64,000 nucleotides of DNA, taken from positions 288,001 through 352,000 of the forward strand of contig JAUVXV010000003.1 of the NCBI GenBank assembly GCA_030603365.1. Direction: 5' to 3'. The position numbers and the translations under genes are program-made. The stretch is from Candidatus Heimdallarchaeota archaeon (GTDB taxonomy: Archaea > Asgardarchaeota > Heimdallarchaeia > Heimdallarchaeales > Heimdallarchaeaceae). This document shows positions 59,723 through 64,000 of this stretch, piece after piece. Positions within the stretch are counted from its first letter, which is position 1, and each line of letters starts with the position of its first letter. The notes under the pieces were generated by a model. It did not search any database, was not told where the DNA came from, and saw nothing but the letters and a program-made list of their open reading frames with translations.

Positions 59723-60817
59723 TTATCTCCAGTCAAAGTAAAATGATTCCACTTTTTCGGGAAATTTTACATCTCTCATGTTGAAAACATCTAAATTAAT
59801 TTTCTTCCCGTAGAAAAAGAACTTTGCTTTTTTCAAAGGCTTCATATCAAAATAAGGAAAATATGGGGTTTGTAGACCATACCAACCTCTTTCATTAGAT
59901 GTTTGGCACAAATAGTGTGCTAAATTACTTGCTTCTTTAGTATTCAAACGATGAATATGCACCATATCAAGCCAACCATAAGGAATTTTATTTCCCATTC
60001 CTGCGAGAAGGAATTCCCAAGCAAGCATAAATCCATTTATTCTGCCTTCTTCATCCTCATGAACAACACAATTAACATTTGGATTCTTAAGCATCCATTT
60101 GAGATCTTCCAATTCAGGAACAATAGACAACTGATTTCTCTTTACTTGCTCTTGGATGATTTCAAACATATCTGGTATATCTTTCTCTTGGAATATCCTG
60201 ATTTGTTCCGAGTTGATAGTTTTAAATTTCTGAAATAATCTGAATACTAGTTTCTCATACCATCTTAATCTAACCACGGTTGCAACTTTATCTACATCAA
60301 AAGCTTTGATTACAAATTTAGTTAGAGTAATAATTCTTTGGAATGGAATACTCTTCTCTCTAGATACTGCTGTGGATACATCTAATCCATGTTGTTCAGG
60401 CTCATGAAGTGAAAAAGCTCCATCGTAACCTTTTGCATCCCCAATTTCAAATAATTTCTTTCCCATTCCTTTAGCTAAACCCTTTTTCTGATGATGAGAA
60501 TGAACACATAACCACGAAGGGACTGCGAATTTGTATATTTTATCTTCAATAGATAATTTTCGAGGAATTGCACCAATAAAGCCTACAATTTTTCCAGAAG
60601 GCTTGTGAATTGCTCTGACAAATAGATCTCTATCAATAGAAGGCGCTCCATAAATTGTGTGGAAAGTTTCCTCTGAAAAGGTAATTGATGCTCCCTCTTC
60701 TAAAGCAGTCTCGTCGGCAAGAAAAGCACTTGTAATGAGTTTAGCAAGGCTGTCAAAATATTCTTCTTCTAATTTGAATTGTTCAATTAAATACTCTGAA
60801 TCTTCATTATTTGGCAT
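59723..60817 (-). CDS. Tandem-GNAT acyltransferase resembling eukaryotic glycylpeptide N-myristoyltransferase
   Basis: [10 protein letters not shown]...[14 protein letters not shown] in the N-domain; [12 protein letters not shown]...EGRINGF and LKKAKF...VFNM in the C-domain. Confidence 0.7.
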   Translation of the reverse strand: [364 protein letters not shown]

Positions 60818-60933
60818 TTTTAAACTACCTTTTTTGTATCTCTACTTCTATTAGTGGTTTTTTAGAAATATATAAACTTCATGGGAAGGGAATTTGCAAA
60901 AGTTAATAATCGGTTGCTACAAAAATTCTAATA

Positions 60934-62076
60934 ATGATAAAAATCAATAAAGTTGTTCTTTTAAGTCGGTGTGTCTTGGTTTTGTTCCTAATATTTTCCT
61001 TATATGACAATCTGTTCATAGTTTCATCGTTAACACCTTCTGACAGTAATGGTAGTGTATATCTGCAAGAGAATGCACTTCTCTTTAACGAAACTGCAGC
61101 ATATAATCATATTGAATCACAGCTTGATTTCGGATTTCGTGTTCCTGGAACTTCAGATCACTTCAACTGTTCTAAGTGGATAAACGATCAAATATCTATA
61201 CATGTTGATGAAACAATTCAACATAATTTTACAATCCAAAAAGAAAATCAATCTAGTTACAGTTGTCAAAACATCCTTGGGAAACTGAACACTGAGAAGG
61301 ACAACATAGTTATTCTAGCATCTCACTGGGATTCAAGAAACGTTGCAGAGAAAGATTACTTCAATCAAAGTCTCCCAATTCCTGGGGCTAATGATGGTGC
61401 GTCAGGGGTAGGGGTGTTAATAGAGCTAGCTAGAGTTTTGAAATTGTATCAGGAGTATCTTGATTGTGAAGTTTGGTTTCTTTTCCTAGATGCAGAGGAT
61501 CAAGGATATTCTGGAGGAATGTATGGTTTAGAAGGTTGGAACTGGGCTGAAGGAGCAATGAATTTTACAGAGAATATCGATGATTTTTATAACTCTCAAC
61601 AAGAAGAAATTGAATGTTTTATTTTATTGGATATGGTAGGTGGTTTTGATTTAGAGTTCATTCAAGAAAGTAGAACAAATAATGATTTACATAAAGCTAT
61701 TTTTGGTCTAGGTCAAAATCTAGGATATTCAGTTGCCTTTCCAGAAAATCCGAAGAAAATGTCTATTACAGATGACCATGTTGCTTTTGATGAGATTGGG
61801 ATACCAGTAATCGATTTGACTATTGATTTTATTGCAGGTAATTGGACATTCCATCATACTCATTCAGATAATCTAAGTAATATCGACACTAAAAACCTTA
61901 AAATTACAGGTCAGACTATTGAAGCTTTTATTAAAACATATTATGCAGAAGGAGATAATCTTCAGTGGAATGAAGGATTCTTTTCAAATACGTTTATTGT
62001 TATGTCTGTGATAGTTTTTGTTTTAGTAGCTGTTTTCACAGTAAATTTCTTGAGAACTAAAAGAAGAAAATCCTAG
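60934..62076 (+). CDS. Secreted M28 family peptidase / glutaminyl cyclase-like, C-terminally anchored
   Basis: ASHWDSR, GANDGASGVGVL, FLDAEDQG, LLDMVG, DDHVAF, HHTHSD; signal peptide; C-terminal TM plus KRRK. Confidence 0.88.
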   Translation: MIKINKVVLLSRCVLVLFLIFSLYDNLFIVSSLTPSDSNGSVYLQENALLFNETAAYNHIESQLDFGFRVPGTSDHFNCSKWINDQISIHVDETIQHNFTIQKENQSSYSCQNILGKLNTEKDNIVILASHWDSRNVAEKDYFNQSLPIPGANDGASGVGVLIELARVLKLYQEYLDCEVWFLFLDAEDQGYSGGMYGLEGWNWAEGAMNFTENIDDFYNSQQEEIECFILLDMVGGFDLEFIQESRTNNDLHKAIFGLGQNLGYSVAFPENPKKMSITDDHVAFDEIGIPVIDLTIDFIAGNWTFHHTHSDNLSNIDTKNLKITGQTIEAFIKTYYAEGDNLQWNEGFFSNTFIVMSVIVFVLVAVFTVNFLRTKRRKS

Positions 62077-62104
62077 TTGTGTGGAACAACTCAAATATGA
62101 TCTG

Positions 62105-62144
62105 AGTTAGATGACGAACAAATGTGATAATACAACATCTAACT
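62105..62144. terminator. Inverted repeat between convergent genes
   Basis: AGTTAGATG (62105-62113) / CATCTAACT (62136-62144), 9-bp perfect arms. Confidence 0.3.
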
Positions 62145-63293
62145 ATAGACAGACCAATTATATGCTTTTGATACTGCAAACAAAATTTCAATGTGTAATA
62201 ACTCTGCCATTATACCATTAGACATTATCACAAGCCCTTGACCAGTTTTTGGATTTCCTATCATCATACATACTGCTCCAGGTGAGTTGGTTCCGGGATG
62301 TGTAAAGAATAAATCATCCTCTTCTTCAATTAGAAATACTCCTAACCCTTGTCCTGTCCAACCAAAGAATTTTGAAGGGTCTAATTCAGGTTGAGCTTTA
62401 AACATTTCCTTAAGATTTGATTGAGAAATAATTTTACTTGATTTTCCTTGATAGGTTTTCATTATTTCTATAATAAATTTCGCAATGTCTTCTGGAGTAG
62501 ATATTAATCCTGCACAACCAAAAGTGCCTTTGACATAACCTGTTTCTTTTACATTTCCATCTTTATCATGTGGTAGAATAATGTCCGTTTCTGTTGAAAC
62601 TAAAGGATATTCAGCTAGGCTATTCTTCATTTCTACAGGATTGAAAATGAGTTCCTTCATTATTTCTGATGTTTCTTTCTGCAGAATATCTTGTAATATT
62701 TTTTCAATAACAATGAAAGCAATATTAGAATATTGATGCTCTGAGCCTGGAACTTTATCAATTATAGCAGCATCATTCAAAGCTGGAGCTTCTCCAGTAA
62801 GGACTTGGAGTATGTTTGCAGTTTTTCCTTCTTCGACACCAAACATTGAATCAGGACGATTCATACCAGACATGTGTGTTAGTAGTTGTCTTAGTGTTAC
62901 TGGTTTTTCTGTTGTAAATTCGTTATCCGGAATCTTCCAGGATTTTAGATAATTATTAACTGGTTCATCAAGATCTATCAAGTTTTTTTCAACTAAGGAT
63001 AATGCTGCTAAAGCTGTAAACATCTTTGAAGTTGAGCCTGCTTCAAACAAAGTCTTTTTAGTGATTTTTTCCTTTGATTCTTTATCTCTAATGCCATAGA
63101 ATTTACTCCATTCTATTTCAAAGTTATTTACGACAGCAATACTAACTCCAGGGACATTATATTTTTCCATCTTTTGCCCAATAATCCCTGTTTCTTCCCA
63201 ATTTGGAGTAGGAATACCTTCAACTATACCTGCTCCTGGAAGGTTGTTTACAATTTGTTTTATTCTATCTTGAATATTTTGTTCATCTGGCAA
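62139..63293 (-). CDS. Serine hydrolase, beta-lactamase/AmpC-like family
   Basis: GSTSK (SxxK), LLTHMSG, YSN, HPG. Confidence 0.92.
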   Translation of the reverse strand: MPDEQNIQDRIKQIVNNLPGAGIVEGIPTPNWEETGIIGQKMEKYNVPGVSIAVVNNFEIEWSKFYGIRDKESKEKITKKTLFEAGSTSKMFTALAALSLVEKNLIDLDEPVNNYLKSWKIPDNEFTTEKPVTLRQLLTHMSGMNRPDSMFGVEEGKTANILQVLTGEAPALNDAAIIDKVPGSEHQYSNIAFIVIEKILQDILQKETSEIMKELIFNPVEMKNSLAEYPLVSTETDIILPHDKDGNVKETGYVKGTFGCAGLISTPEDIAKFIIEIMKTYQGKSSKIISQSNLKEMFKAQPELDPSKFFGWTGQGLGVFLIEEEDDLFFTHPGTNSPGAVCMMIGNPKTGQGLVIMSNGIMAELLHIEILFAVSKAYNWSVYS

Positions 63294-63362
63294 TACAATT
63301 CACTTTGCCAAAGCTTGAGTACTATTTGAACTGTTCCTTTTACTTTGAAGTGCAGCTTGGTT

Positions 63363-64000
63363 CTAAGCTTCAAGATATCGATAGGCAACGAGTAAATACA
63401 GTTTTGTAATGTCTTTTAGTGTGCTAATATCTGCGTACTCATTTGCATTATGAGCACCTGTTCCACCTGGACCGATAATGAAAATATCTTTCATTCCTGC
63501 TTCTCTCATATTCCCCCCATCAGAAAATCCTGTACTATAAGAGTAGATGGGACTAACTTCATAGATTGCTTCAAAAGAATTTCGAAGAACTTTTCCAAAT
63601 TCAGAATCAGGATTAGTTGCAGATCCTTCTCCAATAGTTATTATTGACATAGTTATATCAGTAGGTTCATCTTTATACTTGGATTTGCTGTGTTGAATGT
63701 TATTGAATTTCTCGGGAAGTTCGATTTTATATCCAAGTTTAGAACAATATTTTACTATAACATCAATTAACTCCTGAGATTTCAAACCAGGCATAGTACG
63801 AAAATCTGCTTCTAACTCACAAGTGTCAGGAATAACGTTAGTTTTGACACCAGCTTTGATCTGATTGAAGCTGAAAGTAGTTTTGTAAAGATTTTTTGAG
63901 TTTCTCTTATCTTTGTCAAGCGGAAGTATTGGTGGAACATAATTCTTGAATTCCTTAAGTCCTGAAACACCTATACGATTTTTCAGCATATTCAAAGATT
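63363..64000 (-). CDS. M20 family (ArgE/DapE-like) hydrolase, C-terminal part; start lies beyond the window
   Basis: GVKTNVIPD, DFRTMPG, GFSDG, GPG...AHNANEY; frame open to the window edge. Confidence 0.85.
   Translation of the reverse strand, partial: SLNMLKNRIGVSGLKEFKNYVPPILPLDKDKRNSKNLYKTTFSFNQIKAGVKTNVIPDTCELEADFRTMPGLKSQELIDVIVKYCSKLGYKIELPEKFNNIQHSKSKYKDEPTDITMSIITIGEGSATNPDSEFGKVLRNSFEAIYEVSPIYSYSTGFSDGGNMREAGMKDIFIIGPGGTGAHNANEYADISTLKDITKLYLLVAYRYLEA

Noticed and set aside
62139-63293. True beta-lactam resistance gene
   Set aside because: The SxxK/YxN family is dominated by esterases and peptidases; there is no signal peptide, and HPG replaces KTG.
654-63647. Numerous 60-117 aa ORFs antisense to or overlapping longer genes (for example 654-869, 751-1029, 2569-2907, 39170-39472, 45618-45971, 59951-60238)
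   Set aside because: Shadow ORFs with no motifs, lying on top of well-supported genes.
1-64000. CRISPR array, rRNA genes, intact transposase, integrase or provirus
   Set aside because: No regularly spaced repeats, no long GC-rich non-coding stretch and no recognisable cas, integrase or capsid ORFs were found by eye.
1-64000. Genome-wide stop-codon reassignment
   Set aside because: TAA, TAG and TGA all terminate well-conserved genes at their expected lengths; internal stops are confined to a few accessory genes.

Overview
AT-rich, gene-dense archaeal chromosomal segment, very likely from an Asgard archaeon (probably Heimdallarchaeia). The evidence is an Orc1/Cdc6, an AMP phosphorylase, a tRNA-Pro(GGG) with a BHB intron, longin-like domains fused to 7TM and TPR proteins, Rab/Arf-fold pseudo-GTPases, a transmembrane RING protein, and many C-terminally anchored surface proteins and zinc-ribbon membrane proteins. 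It holds about 55 CDS, mostly peptidases, hydrolases, sulfur/redox, purine salvage, transport and surface proteins. It also has one tRNA, several recently disrupted genes and a decayed IS200/IS605 tnpB remnant. No rRNA or CRISPR array was seen. Main highlights: (1) a tandem-GNAT protein (59723-60817) that aligns by eye end to end with eukaryotic N-myristoyltransferase; (2) a divergent five-gene module: surface vWA protein and receptor-like TM-RING ligase on one side, wHTH, MinD/ParA and an anchored surface protein on the other, around a repeat-rich intergenic region; (3) a 2.9-11.6 kb cluster of longin, pseudo-GTPase and membrane-paralog genes. All homology calls come from manual motif recognition; no searches were run.
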